DNA of 64,000 bases. Source: Octopus vulgaris (taxonomy: Eukaryota). Positions 26,819 to 40,884 of the stretch are shown in pieces. The DNA is taken from the NCBI GenBank assembly GCA_951406725.2, contig OX597816.1, positions 20,770,001 to 20,834,000 on the forward strand. The letters run 5' to 3'. The position numbers were made by a program, and so were the translations under genes. The stretch's first letter is position 1; each line of letters starts with the position of its first letter. The notes below the pieces were generated by a model. The model saw only the letters and a list, made by a program, of their open reading frames with translations. It was not told the DNA's origin and did not search any database.

Positions 26819-27120
26819 GGGCGCAATCGCCCAGTGGTTAGGGCAGCGGACTCGCGGTTGTAGGATGTCACGTTCAAATCCCAGACCTGGCGTTGTGAGT
26901 GTTAATTGAGCGAAAATACCAAAAGCTGCACGACGCTCCGGCAGGGGGTGGTGGCGATCCCTGCTGTACTCTTTCGCCAAAAATTTCTCTCTCTTTTGTT
27001 GGCCTGCTCGCTTAATCTACGGGGTGGCGTCATTTGAAGGCTAAAAATGCAAAGCGCATTGTGACCAGCGATGAATAGCAACATCTGATAGCCTGGTCGG
27101 TCACGGTGATCACAGTGATA
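26819..27120 (+). mobile_element. tRNA-derived SINE
   Basis: A and B boxes, slightly degenerate. Confidence 0.8.
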
Positions 27121-27518
27121 TATGAAATGAAAATAAGATGCACTAATCGAGGATTGAACGCTCTGGTCAGAAGTCAGTCAGATTCATTCACCGTGACCTG
27201 CTACCAACCGGCCAGTCACTAGCCAACACTGCTGATACTTGATTAGCCGCGCCCCCTATCATGGTGACGTCACTTGTCTGAGTCGTTTACTTTACGCAAT
27301 GGTAAGAACATATATTACCATTCAACATACAATATCTATATAAACTTACAAATAATTAATTTAAAGATATTAAAAATATTTTAAACTATAACATTTAAGA
27401 ATTGAATGTGTTTACAATATAGCAGGTAATTAAATGTGATTGGAATAAATAATTTACACATCAGTGGATGTAACTTTAACTTGTGTAAAGATAGTCTGTG
27501 GCAAAACAGCTAAAATTT

Positions 27519-27710
27519 ATCGCTTCTCGGCCTTTTGGCTAAGATCAAAGTGTAGTATCTGTTCTTATCAGCTTAATATCTGATACGGTCCCTATTTGGG
27601 GCCATCGATATTAAACTGATTTTTAGAACGAGGCGAAGTGTTAGGGGCTTGCTCCGCCTTTGCCACGGTTTGTCCTGGTATCGCAGTGCTTCCAGGATTC
27701 AGCCCACTCC
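27519..27710 (+). ncRNA. U2: U2 snRNA copy 7
   Basis: Full-length; loop IV variant ATCGCAGT. Confidence 0.95.
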
Positions 27711-28241
27711 CACCCGGGAGATACAAATTAAAAATAAAAACAGATATGTTGTTACAGCCCCCTTTTTTCTTTCATCATCTCAGCGGGTTTTCCGTTAGTT
27801 GTCGTTGCTAAAGACCTTCCTCGCAGTTAGCAAGCGGTTCGCGTTCGATCCCGACTCAGCTCAAAGGCTTTTGTCCTCTTTGCTTTCTCATTTCAAATCC
27901 CGTCATCGCTTACACATCATCCCCTACCAGTTTCAGTGCCTTCAGAGGAGGCCGTTTTTTCTTCCAAGAAGTTGATTCAGGTCTCCCCTTTAAGTATATT
28001 TTCCTTCTCTCTCCTTCACACCAGTCTCAGGTGCCAAGCATAGTCACACGGAAACTGCATTTCCACTTCACTACAACAAAGTATGACAACAGCAAAAACA
28101 ATGTGGATGCACAAAAGAAGTGACATTACCTATCTATCAACCTACTAGAAATAGCAGCTAACAGACAGGATCAATTGGTAGGAATTCCAGTATCTGCCGC
28201 CAATAGTACTTACTAGTATAGTCTTTGAAAGAAAACAGCAT

Positions 28242-28942
28242 GGATCATTTCCTTTTGAACGACAGTTTTCAAAATAATTTCCAGTTAACTAAAAACTTTT
28301 AAACTTCGTATACTGGTAGAATGTGTCAAAATAAAACATCTTTTTCTTTTGGCTTTCTTGAGAAAATTGTAATTTGTAAGTTTAACGTAGTTTAATTTTT
28401 CGAATTTTAACCAATCGATGGCCTCTATTTAACTAAAATCATTTTCTGCGTCTAAAACTGAGACAACTGTTATGTTTACGTTCGGAAAGCGTGTGTATAA
28501 AATTATAGAATTACTTTGTTTGTTAATTGTTTAAATTATTTTCCATTGCTTTCGTTTTTTTTTTTTCTTAAGCAATGGAAAATAGTTTAAACAATACACG
28601 TGTATCTCAAAACAAAAACAAAACGAATAATTTTAGACACACTCGTAACAATTATATTAATTTAACAATTAAGAAAAAAAAAACGGAAGGCTAAAATTCA
28701 GGGTCGGGTCAGTGAGAGGATGTTGTCTCAGTTTTAGACGCAGCAAATGATTTTAGCTGAATAGAAGCCATCGATTGGTTAAAATTCGAAAAATTAAATT
28801 ACGTTAAACTTACAAATTACAATTTTCTCAAAGCCAAAAGAAAAACAATGTTTTATTTTGACACATTCCAGTATACGAAGTTTAAAAGTGTTTAGTTAAC
28901 TAGAAATTGTGTAGAAAACTGCCGTTCAAATGGAAAAGGTCC
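28242..28942. mobile_element. MITE with the same non-TSD right flank as 5960-6683
   Basis: TIRs are visible; right flank GATATATTTCG. Confidence 0.8.
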
Positions 28943-29715
28943 GATATATTTCGTCTTTACTTTCATTTTACTTGTTGCAGTCATTAAACTGAGGCTATGC
29001 TGGGGCATCACCTCGAAGAATTTTTAGTCGAATATATCAACTCAAATATTTTTTTTAATGATTTTCAACAAGCACATAGTTAAACCTAAAAAAGTCTTTT
29101 AACATGATGGAGATAACAGCCAAATCTTTAAATATTATTTTTATAAATTTCAAATGAACAAAAACGGATACGGTGGTTGTAAAAAGAACAAAACAAAACA
29201 CTTACATATTTTGACTATGGGAAGGGGTTCGTTTGAAGGGCTCTTGTCTTAGGGGGCTTTTTTATGAGAAAAAAAGTCGGCGACAATGTATTATTTCAAA
29301 AGTGGATAAAACAAATTCTCATACTGGGGTGGGATGGGGCTGAGATTCTAACTGCGGGTGCTGAGCACGCCATAGCTCCCCCATGGCTACGTGCCTGGTT
29401 GCAGGTCACAGTACATGAATCTCACTGACCTCTGACCAGAGCGTCCATTCCTTGATTAGTGCATCTTACGTTCATATCATCTTCATAGACCAATAACAAA
29501 TATTTAAGAGACTCACATCTTCGTTAATGTCGAATGCTTTGTTTTGATAGCTATACCTTGTAAGTCGGGCGACCAGGTTGCGATTTGTTCGTTGTTAAAG
29601 TAACAAGTTTGCTTCAAACCAACAGGTACTCGCTTTCGTACCACTGTTTACCATATTAAACGTAAAATATTATTTACAATAGCGTCAGGTGAACGTTGTG
29701 AGTGAAACTGGACTG

Positions 29716-29938
29716 GGATCTTTTCCTTTTGATGGACGGAATTTTCTAGTTAACTAAACAATTTGAAACTTCGTATAATGGTAGAATGTGTCAAAAGAAA
29801 GCATTACTGAAAACAAAATTGTAATTTGTAAGTTTAACGTAGTTTAATTCTTCGAATTTTAACCAATGAATTGCCAGCATTTGAGCTGAAATCATTTGCT
29901 GCGTTTAAAAACTCAGACAATATCCTCTTGCAACGTAA

Positions 29939-30012
<74 letters not shown>

Positions 30013-30963
30013 TTATTCATCCTTCTCTCTTCTATCTTCTGCATTTGCTAGAAATAACAGCTATATCTCTTAAATCGATGAATTTCGTTGCACAATAAAA
30101 ATATTAACGATATTTTTTGAATATTTTCTTTTCATTTTTTTTACCGAAAAGGCTTCTCCCATGGTTTTGAAGGGCCACAAACAACAAAAACAAAACAATA
30201 ATATGCCTAATTTGGTCTAGAGTGGGATATAAGGGTACGCGGGGAGTGTGGGTCGTATTGTAAAAATTTGCGAAATATTTATTCATAAAAGGATGCCCCA
30301 GCTTGTCGGAGGCTGTGATATAATTTGGAAAAAATCCTCGACACCAGTGCGTAATTGGTTCTTAAGTTATCGACCTCCGAAACGATGAAACTTTGACCCC
30401 CCGCCCTTCTGGTTTATTTACCTTTTGTGTATATTTGTTGCGGAAAGGGGCAAAACACAGAGAGGACAAAGCATGAGGTACAAAAGTAATAAGTCGATTC
30501 TATCGACACCAGTGCGATACCACGAACGTGTATGTAAGCTTGTGTGTGTACGTATATATCCGTTTGTATGTGTGTGTACAATTTTATATTAATTACTATG
30601 TGCTTGTGCAAATGTATATGCATGTGTTTCAGAGAGAGAGAAAGAGTGACATAGTGTGTGTGTGTGTGTGTGTGTGTGTGCAAGTGTACGTGTGTATGTA
30701 TCTGAATATATGTGTGCGTGTGTGTATGCGGCGTGCGTCTGCTATGTTTGTTTATATCGATAACGCAGCAAATGATTTCAGCTCAAATGTGGCATTTCAT
30801 TGGTTAAGATTCAAAGAATTAAACTACGTTAATCTTACAAATTACAATTTTGTTTTCAATTTTGTTTACAACAATGTTTTCTTTTGACACATTCTACCAG
30901 TATACGAAGTTTCAAATTGTTTAGTTAACTAGAAAATTCCGTCCATCAAAAGGAAAAGATCCA
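29716..30963. mobile_element. Related longer MITE (GGATCTTTTCCTTTTGATGGACGG TIRs) with internal (CA)n/(TG)n
   Basis: Inverted termini are homologous to the 0.72-kb MITE; the interior differs. Confidence 0.7.
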
Positions 30964-31308
30964 ATATATCAGAAGTATGACCAGGCTAGGCGTCAAGAAG
31001 TGTGAAAAAATGAAAAAATAATATAAAAATTTAAGCATGGGGTTTTTGTCCACTTACACACTTTAACTTGGGGCTTTTTGTTAAAGTGTGTAAGTGGACA
31101 AAAACCCCATGTTAAATTTTTATATTATTTTTTCATTTTCACACTTCTTGACGCCTAACCTGGTCTACTTCTGATATATTGGATCTTTTCCTTTTGATGG
31201 ACGGAATTTTCTAGTTAACTAAACAATTTGAAACTTCGTATACTGGTAGAATGTGTCAAAAGAAAACATTGTTGTAAACAAAATTGAAAACAAAATTATG
31301 TAATTTGT
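30836..31308. repeat. Fold-back inverted duplication, ~230-bp arms with an 11-bp loop
   Basis: ...CACTTACACACTTTAAC ttgggcttttt GTTAAAGTGTGTAAGTG... Confidence 0.85.
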
Positions 31309-31700
31309 CAGCACCCCAGCTATCAAGATAGCACCCCCAGTTGCCATCGGCTGGCAACTTGGCTGCCTGCTACCCAGCAGCCAGTAAACACTTCCGCTAG
31401 TGTTGCTGATGCCAAGTAAGTGAATCGCCATATTCCCTATCTTGGTGACGTCACTTGTCTTAGACGTTTACTTTATATAATGATAAGAACGTATATTAAC
31501 ATTCAACTTACGATATTTATATATACTTACAAATAATTGATTTAAAGATATTAAAAATATCTTAAACTAGGAAATGTAAGGATTGAATGTGTTTACAATA
31601 TAGCAGGTAATTAAGTGTGATTGGAATAAATAATTTACACATCAGTGGGTGTAACATTAACTTGTGTAAAGATAGTCTGTGGTAAAATGGCTAAAATTTT

Positions 31701-31892
31701 ATCGCTTCTCGGCCTTTTGGCTAAGATCAAAGTGTAGTATCTGTTCTTATCAGCTTAATATCTGATACGGTCCCTATTTGGGGCCATCGATATTAAACTG
31801 ATTTTTAGAAGGAGGTGAAGTGTTAGGGGCTTGCTCCGCCTTTGCCACGGGTTGTCCTGGTATTGCAGTGCTTCCAGGATTCAGCCCACTCC
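31701..31892 (+). ncRNA. U2: U2 snRNA copy 8
   Basis: Full-length match with promoter. Confidence 0.95.
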
Positions 31893-32418
31893 CACCCGGG
31901 AGACACAAATTAAAAATAAAATCAGATATGTTGTTACAGTCCCCTTTTTGTTTTCATCATCTCAGCGGGTTTTCCGTTGTCGATGCTAAAGACCTTCCTC
32001 GCCGTCAGCAAGCGGTTCCCGTTCGATCCCGACTCAACCCCACGGTTTTTGTCCTCTTTGCTTCCTCATTTCAAATCCCGTCATCGCTATCGCGCTACCC
32101 CCTACCAGGATCAGTGCCTTTTGAGGAGACCCTTTTTTCTTCTGAGAAGTCGATTCGAGTCTCCCTTTAAGTATATTTTCCTTCTCTCTCCTTCACACTA
32201 GTCTCAGGTGCCAAGCAAAGTCGCACGGAAACTGCATTTCCACTTCACTACAACAAAGTTTAACAACAGCAAAAACAATATGGATGCACAAAAGAAGGGA
32301 CATTCCCTATCTATCAACCAACTAGAAATAGCAGCTAACAGACAGGATCAATTGGTAGGAATTCCAGTATCTGCCGCCAATAGTACTTACTAGTGTACTC
32401 TTTGAAAGAAAACAGCAG

Positions 32419-32922
32419 AGAACTTTTCCTTTTGAACGGCAGTTTTCAAAATAATTTCCAGCTAACTAAACACTTTTAAACTTTGTATACTGGTAGAATG
32501 TGTCAAAATAAAACGTATTTTTTTTTTGGCTTTCGTGAGAAAATTGTAATTTGTAAGTTTAACGTAGTTTAAATTTTCGAATTTTAACCAATCGATGGCT
32601 TCTCTTTAGTTAAAATCATTTGCTGCGTCTAAAACTGAGACAACATCCTGTCACTGTTATGTTTACGTTCGGAAAGCGTGTGTAGAAAATCATAGAATTA
32701 TTTTGTTTGTTAATTGTTTAAATTAATTTCCATTGCTTTCGTTTTAGCCTTTCGTCTTTTTCTTTTCTTATGCAATGGAAAATAGTTTAAACAATACACG
32801 TATATCTCAAAACAAAGACGAAGTGAATAATTTTAGACACACGCGTAACAATTAAATTAATTTAACAATTAAGAAAAAAAAAACGAAAGGTTAATATTTG
32901 GGCTAGGGTTAGTGTGGTTAGG
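32419..32922. mobile_element. MITE, right arm missing
   Basis: Left TIR and interior only. Confidence 0.7.
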
Positions 32923-33065
32923 GTCGTCAACTTTGCCTTTCATCCTTTCGGGGATGATAAATTTAGTACCAGTTACGCACTGGTGTCGATATAATCGACA
33001 TAATCCGTTTGTCTGTCCTTGTTTGTCCCCTCTGTGTTTAGCCCCTTGTGGGTAATAAAGAAATA
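32923..33065 (+). mobile_element. SINE fragment with a Nin/Deu-like central domain
   Basis: GCCTTTCATCCTTTCGGGGATGATAAATTTAGTACCAG. Confidence 0.5.
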
Positions 33066-33578
33066 TATATCAGAAGTTTGACCAGACTAGGCGTCAAGAA
33101 GTGTGAATAAAAAAACCAAAAAATAAAATAAAAATATTAGCATATGGCTTTTTTTCCAACTTTCACACTTTAAGTACCTCTGTTCAGCACCCCCAGCTAT
33201 CAAGATAGCACCCCCAGTTGCAATCGGCTGGCTACTTGGCTGCCTGCTACCCAGCAGCCAGTAAACACTGCTGCTAGTGTTGCTGCTGATAAGTAAGTGA
33301 TTCGCCATACTCCCTATCTTAGTGACGTCACTTGTCTTAGACGTTTACTTTACACAATGGTAAGAACGTTTGTCACTATTCAACATACAATATCTAAATA
33401 TATTTACAAATAATTGATTTAAAGATATTAAAAATATTTTAAACTAGGGAAATGTAAGGATTGAATGTGTTTACATAATAGCAGGTAATTAAGTGTGATT
33501 GGAATAAATAATTTACACATCAGTGGGTGCATCATTAACTTGTGTAAAGATAGTCTGTGGAAAAAAAGCGGAAAATTT

Positions 33579-33770
33579 ATCGCTTCTCGGCCTTTTGGCT
33601 AAGATCAAAGTGTAGTATCTGTTCTTATCAGCTTAATATCTGATACGGTCCCTATTTGGGGCCATCGATATTAAACTGATTTTTAGAACGAGGCGAAGTG
33701 TTAGGGGCTTGCTCCGCCTTTGCCACGGGTTGTCCTGGTATTGCAGTGCTTCCAGGATTCAGCCCACTCC
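33579..33770 (+). ncRNA. U2: U2 snRNA copy 9 (array consensus)
   Basis: Full-length match with promoter. Confidence 0.95.
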
Positions 33771-34380
33771 CACCCGGGAGATACAAATAAAAAATAAAAT
33801 CAGATATATTGTTACAACCACCTTTTTTTTCGTCATCTTAGCGGGTTTTCCGTTAGTTGTCGTTGCTAAAGACCTTCCTCGCCGTCAGCAAGCGGTTCGC
33901 GTTCGATCCCAACTCAGCCCCACGGTTTTTGTTCTCTTTGTTACCTCATTTCAAATCCCGTCATCGCTTTCACCCCACCCCCTACCAGGTTCAGAGCCTT
34001 TTGATGAGATCCTTTTCCTTCTAAGCAGTCGATTCAAGTCTCCACAACTTTAAGTATACTTTTCTTTCTATATCCTTCACATCAGGGCGGACTTCTATTC
34101 TCTTTCCTGTTTCAGTCATTCTACTACGGCCATGTTGGTGCACAGCCACGAACATTTAGACGTATAAATCGACACCAGCACTTATTATTTGAAGCCTAGT
34201 ACGTAAACTATCGTGTATAGCTGAAGATACATGCCCAAGGAGCCACCCAAAGAACTGATCTCGGACCCATGTTGTTGAGAAGCAAGCTCCTTACGAAACG
34301 GTCATTTCTACCTATTTTTTTAAATTGCAAAGCAGCTGTTCCACAAAATACATCTTATGTAACACATCTGCTTCTAAAGT

Positions 34381-34670
34381 TGGTGCGACTATGAAATATA
34401 TCAAGTATCTAACCAGAGGCGGTAATGCACCACAATAGAAGCAAGGTTCTTGTCAACGGAGCATGCAAGGGAGAACTCGACTCGAACCTTCCAAAGTGGA
34501 AATATTTTATTTTTACCTTTATATCTGGGAAGTAGGGCGTCCCGGACAAAAGTTTAAAATGTCCCCCCAGAAGTAGAGGTAGTCTGGATTGTAGCCACAC
34601 TTCTATACAAGAGGGAGGACAAGATACAATTGATCGAAATTGCAAGAGACGGGCCTACAATTCAAGACTG
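34381..34670 (+). pseudogene. Shortened Tx1-like ORF1 relic
   Basis: As 21405-21690. Confidence 0.75.
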
Positions 34671-34862
34671 TTATACATTTTGAGTATTGTTATCACTAGT
34701 GATATGAAGATAAAACTTTGTATTTTGTATTTTATGTGTAGATGTATATATATAGATGTACATGTAATATGTACACATATATATACACATATATACATGA
34801 TCTAGCACTATGACCCGGCAACGACGGGTTATAATGCTAGTTGGTCTATATATGTGATTTGA

Positions 34863-35190
34863 GGGCTCAATGGCCTAGTAGTTAGGGCAGCGGACTCGCG
34901 GTTGTAGGATCGCAGGTTCGATTCCCAGACCTGGCGTTGTGAGTGTTTATTGAGCGAAAGCAACAAAATCTCCGCGACGGTCCGGCAGGGGGTGGTGGCA
35001 ATCCCTGCTGTACCCTTACAACACAACTTTCTCTCTCTCTCACTCTCTCTCTCTCTCTCTCTTTTGTTGGCCTGCTCGCTTAGCCTGCGGGGTGGCGTCA
35101 TTTGAAGGCCAAAAGAATGCAAAGCGCATTGTGACCAGCGATGAATAGCAACATCTGATAGCCTGGTCGGTCACGGTGATCACAGTGATA
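34863..35190 (+). mobile_element. tRNA-derived SINE
   Basis: A and B boxes. Confidence 0.8.
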
Positions 35191-35590
35191 TATGATATGA
35201 AAATAAGATGCACTAATCGAGGATTGAACGCTCTGGTCAGAGGTCAGTCAGATTCATTCACCGTGACCTGCTACCCACCAGCCAGTCACTAGCCAACACT
35301 GCTGATAAGTGATTAGCCGCGCCCCCTATCATAGTGACAAGTGACTTGTCTGAGACGTTTACTTTACGCAATGGTAAGAACATATATTACCATTCAACAT
35401 ACAATATCTATATAAACTTAAAAATAATTAATTTAAAGATAATAAAAATATTTTAAACTATAATATTTAAGAATTGAATGTGTTTACAATATAGCAGGTA
35501 ATTAAATGTGATTGGAATAAATAATTTACATATCAGTGGATGTAACTTTAACTTGTGTAAAGATAGTCTGTGGCAAAACAGCTAAAATTT

Positions 35591-35782
35591 ATCGCTTCTC
35601 GGCCTTTTGGCTAAGATCAAAGTGTAGTATCTGTTCTTATCAGCTTAATATCTGATACGGTCCCTATTTGGGGCCATCGATATTAAACTGATTTTTAGAA
35701 CGAGGCGAAGTGTTAGGGGCTTGCTCCGCCTTTGCCACGGGTTGTCCTGGTATTGCAGTGCTTCCGGGATTCAGCCCACTCC
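35591..35782 (+). ncRNA. U2: U2 snRNA copy 10
   Basis: Full-length match with promoter. Confidence 0.95.
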
Positions 35783-36390
35783 CACCTGGGAGATACAAAT
35801 TAAAAATAAAATCAGATATATCGTTACAACCACTTTTTTTTTCGTCATCTCAGCGGGTTTTCCATTAGTTATCGTTGCTAAAACCTTCCTCGCCGTCAGC
35901 AAGCGGTTCCCGTTCCATCCCGACTCAACCACACGGTTTTTGTTCTCTTTGTTTCCTCATTTCAAATCCCGTCATTGCTTTCACCCCAACCCCTACCAGG
36001 TTCAGTGCCTTTTGAGGAGATCCTTTTCCTTCTAAGCAGTCGATTCAAGTCTCCACAACTTTAAGTATACTTTCCTTTCTATATCCTTCACAGCAGGGCG
36101 GAATACTATTCTCTTTCCTGTTTTAATCATTCGACTGCGGCCACGTTGCGGCACAGCCACGAACATTTAGACGTATAAATCGACACCAGCACATATTTTT
36201 TGAAGCATAGCACGTAAACTATCGTGTATAGCTGAAGATACTTGCCCAAGGTGCCACCCAAAGAACTGATCTCGGACCCATGTTGTTGAGAAGCAAGCTC
36301 CTTACGAAACGGTCATTTCTATCTATTTTTTTAAATTGCAAAGCAGCTGTTCCTCAAAATATATCTTATGTAACACATCTGCTTCTAAAG

Positions 36391-36675
36391 TTAGTGCGAC
36401 TATGAAATATATCAAGTATCTAACCAGAGGCGGTAAAGTCACCACAATAGAAGCAAGGTTCTTGTCAACGGAGCATGCAAGAGAGAACTCGACTCGAACC
36501 TTCCAAAGTGGAAATATTTTATTTTTACCTTTATATCTGGGATGTCCCGGAGAAAAAATTAAAATGTCACCCCAGAAGTAGAGTTAGGCTGGATTGTAGC
36601 CACACTTCTATACAAGAGGGAGGAAAGATACAATTGATCGAAAGTGCAAGAGATGGGCCTACAATTCAAGACTGT
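36391..36675 (+). pseudogene. Shortened Tx1-like ORF1 relic
   Basis: KYLTRGGKVTTIEARF...ILFLPLYLG. Confidence 0.75.
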
Positions 36676-36866
36676 TATATATTTTGAGTATTGTTATCAC
36701 TAGCGATATCAAGATATAACTATGTATTTTGTATTTTATGTGTAGATGTTTCTATATAGATGTACATGTAATATGTACACATATATATACACATATATAC
36801 ATGAACTAGCACTATGACCCGGCAAAGACGGGTTATAATGGTAGTTGGCCTATATATGTGATTTGA

Positions 36867-37180
36867 GGGCGCAATGGCCCAGTGGTTAGGGCAGCGCAAT
36901 GGCCCAGTTGTAGGATCGCAGGTTCGATTCTAAGACCTGGCGTTGTGAGTGTTTATTGAGCGAAAACACCAAAAGCTCCACGAGGGTCCGGCAGGGTGTG
37001 GTGGCGATCCCTGCTGTACTCTTTCGCCACAACTCTCTCTCTCTCTCTCTCTTTGTTGGCCTGCTCGCTTAACCTGCGGGGTGGCATCTTTTGAAGGCTA
37101 AAAGAATGCAAAGCGCATTGTGACCAGCGATGGATACCAACATCTGATAGCTTGGTCGGTCACTGTGATCACATTGATAT
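36867..37180 (+). mobile_element. tRNA-derived SINE
   Basis: A box is locally duplicated; B box present. Confidence 0.8.
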
Positions 37181-37577
37181 ATGATTTGAAAATATGATGC
37201 ACTAATCGAGGATTGAACGCTCTGGTCACAGGTCAGTCACATTCATGCACCGTGACCTGCTACCCACCAGCCAGTCACTAGCCCACACTACTGATAAGTG
37301 ATTAGCCGCTCCCCTTATCATGTTCACGTCACTTGTCTGAGACGTGTACTTTACGCAATGGTAAGGACGTATGTTACTTTTCAACATACAATATCTATAT
37401 AAACTTACAAATAATTGATTTAAAGATATTAAGAATAATTTAAACTATAAAATTTAAGTATTGAATGTGTTTATAATATAGCAGGTAATTAAATGTGATT
37501 GGAATAAATAATTTACATATCAGTGGATATAACATTAACTTGTGTAAAGATAGTCTGTGGTAAAACGGCTAAAATTT

Positions 37578-37769
37578 ATCGCTTCTCGGCCTTTTGGCTA
37601 AGATCAAAGTGTAGTATCTGTTCTTATCAGCTTAATATCTGATACGGTCCCTATTTGGGGCCATCGATATTAAATTGATTTTTAGAACGAGGCGAAGTGT
37701 TAGGGGCTTGCTCCGCCTTTGCCACGGGTTGTCCTGGTATTGCAGTGCTTCCAGGATTCAGCCCACTCC
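37578..37769 (+). ncRNA. U2: U2 snRNA copy 11
   Basis: Full-length match with promoter. Confidence 0.95.
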
Positions 37770-38298
37770 CACCCGGGAGATACAAATTAAAAATAAAATC
37801 AGATATATTGTTACAACCACCTTTTTTTTTCCATCTCCGCGGGTTTTCCGTTAGTTGTCGTTGCTAAAGACCTTCCTCGCCGTCAGCAAGCGGTTCGCGT
37901 TCCATCCCGACTCAGCCCAACGGTTTTTGTCCTCTTTGCTTCCTCATTTCAAATCCCGTCATCGCTTACACATCATCCCCTACCAGTTTCAGTGCCTTCA
38001 GAGGAGGCCGTTTTTTCTTTCAAGAGGTTGATTCAGGTCTCCCCTTTAAGTATACTTTTCCTTCTCTCTCCTTCACACCAGTCTCAGGTGCCAATCAAAC
38101 TTACACGGAAACTGCATTTCCACTTCGCTACAACGAAATATAACAACAGGAAAATCAATGTGGATGCACAAAAGAAGTCACATTCCCTATCTATCAACCT
38201 ACTAGAAATAGCAGCTAACAGCCAGGATCAATTGGTAGGAATTCCAGTATCTGCCGCCAATAGTACTTACTAGTATAGTCTTTGAAAGAAAACAGCAG

Positions 38299-38973
38299 GG
38301 ATCTTTTCCTTTTGAACGACAGTTTTCAAAACAATTTCTAGTTAACTAAACACTTTTAAATTTCGTGTACTGGTAGAATATGTCAAAATAAAACATTTTT
38401 TTCTGTTGACTTTCTTGAGAAAATTGTAATTTGTAAGTTTAACGTAGTTTAATTTTTCGAATTTTAACCAATAAATGGCCTCTATTTAGCTAAAATCATT
38501 TGCTGCGTAAAAACTGAGACAACATCTTGTCGCTGTTATGTTTACGTTCGGAAAGCGAGTGTATAAAATTATAGAATTATTTTGTTTGTTAATTGTCTAA
38601 ATTGTTTTCCATTGCTTTCGTTTCAGCCTTTTTTTTTCTTAAGCGATGGAAAATAGTTTAAACAATACACGTGTATCTCAAAAGAAAATGAATAATTTTA
38701 GACACACGTGTAACAATTAGATTAATTTAACAATTAAGAAGAAAAAAAAACGAAAGGCTAAAAGATAGTGTTTGGGTTAGTGTAGGGTTAGGGTTAGGTG
38801 AGTGACAGGATGTTGTCTCAAACTACGTTAAACTTACAAATTACAATATTCTCAAGAGGACCAAAAGAAAAAAAAATATTTTATTTTGACACATTCTACC
38901 AGTATACGAAGTTTAAAAGTGTTTAGTTAACTAGAAATTGTGTTGAAAACTGCCGTTCGAGAGGAAGAGATCC
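38299..38973. mobile_element. MITE with a deletion in the right arm
   Basis: TIRs; TSD AACAGCAG/AATAGCAG. Confidence 0.8.
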
Positions 38974-40152
38974 AATAGCAGATGCGACTGTCACGGGTGG
39001 GTGGTCTATAAATCACTATAAACGCCAGTATGTATTTCCGTCTCCAACGTCAGACTAATACCCATACAGCCCCTAATCACTTAAAAAAGATTTTGGTGCC
39101 GCCAGATGTATATAAATGTAAACAATAATATATGATAACTTCAATTTTTATTTTTCAAAATCAAATTAAACTAACAGAAAGATGGAAAATAATCCCTTCC
39201 ACTGAAGGCAAAAGGCCTTGAAATTTTGGGGGAGGGGAGTAGTCGATTACATCGACCTCAGCTTCCAATGGTACTAAATATATTACTGCAAATAGCAGCT
39301 AACTGACCACCAACAAATCGACCAAATGATTGCAACGTTATTTGCTCAATGAGAACTGAAATGTTAACTTCACCACAGTCCAGTTTCACTCACAACGTTC
39401 ACCTGACGCTATTGTAAAGAATATTTTACCTATTGTAAAGGATATTTTACCGAGTACCTATTTGTTTGAAGCAAACTTGATATTTAACAACGAACCAATC
39501 GCTACTTGGTCGCCCGACTGATTCACCGTGACCTGCTACCCACCAGCCAGACACTAGCCAACACTGCTGATAAGTGATTAGCCGCGCCCCCTATCATGGT
39601 GACGTCACTTGTCTGAGACGTTTACTTTACGCAATGGTAAGAACATATATGACCATTCAACATACAATATCTATATTAAATTAATATCCAATTTTATTAA
39701 ATTAATATCCAATTTTTTCACCCGTATTTTGACTTTAATTATAAAATAATATGTTCTCAAACCGGCAGTAAATTACTTATGCAGTATTTATATCCGGGAA
39801 ATTAGCGCGCCTTAACGAGGGCATTTGAATGTAACTGTGAATATAATCGGCCGAACTGTTAGCCTCAATCCAACCTCGTGTTGATAGCTTCCGTGCAGTT
39901 CGACAAATTTTATTTTTGACGTACTCTACTGATGAATCGAAGATATTTAAGTAAGAAAAATAACATAATTTATTAACGATGAAATAATTGCATAGAGTTA
40001 ATCGATATTTTCGTTATTTTTCATTTGTCCTGCTCGCTTACATTCTTGGTGTGTTAAATTATTCCTTGAGAACAATTCTTTGGTGGTAGATTCCCTTTGC
40101 GGATCTATAACTAGCGTTAGAGCGTCCACATAGTGGATTCTCTCTCATAGTT

Positions 40153-40188
<36 letters not shown>

Positions 40189-40204
40189 CCATATATATAT
40201 ATAT

Positions 40205-40653
40205 GGCATATGCAAAAAATTATTGTATACAGTGGTCAAGTGCACTACAACTAAAAAAAAGCCATCAGGTGTACTGTTGGAGGATTTCAGGAAGGTTTGA
40301 AGAATTTGGTGTCTCTAAGGCAAACGACTGATGCTTCAACAATTCTGAGCGTGAAAAAATGTTTCCGAAAGTCATGGGTGATGTTTTGTTTTATGATTTT
40401 GTGAGCCTGTCCACGAGTGTTTAACATATGGAGTTTAAAATGATGCCCAAATTTGTTGGAATGTGGTGGGTGTTCTTGTTTTTATAACTATCCAGAAGGA
40501 TAGACATTTCGTTGAGAACAATACAATTAGTTGGTGGTCTTCTTATTTTAATACTAGCTGTTGGGAAATAGAAGATGTTAGAAAGGTCAAGTGGGGAAGA
40601 CATTATTTCGGTTTCGCTAAAGCAATCTGGCAAATGTAAAACTGCTGTCAAAG
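40205..40653 (-). mobile_element. CR1-like LINE 3' fragment
   Basis: Paralogue of 4105-4555. Confidence 0.6.
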
Positions 40654-40884
40654 AAAAACTCTTGTTTTACCATTGAACCCTATCAATAGCCATACCCTTG
40701 AAATTTATGACCATAAGCCCTACTATTTGCTTGTTTAGCCAGAGTGAAGAAGGAAGCCCCTATTCAGTCTTTTCACTTACTAGAAATAGCAGCTAACTCC
40801 CCACTAACTCTACCAAACGAAACTCCAACGCCTTAAAATAAACAAAATAAACGAATGATAAGTGTACGTCAGACAATATTCTCG

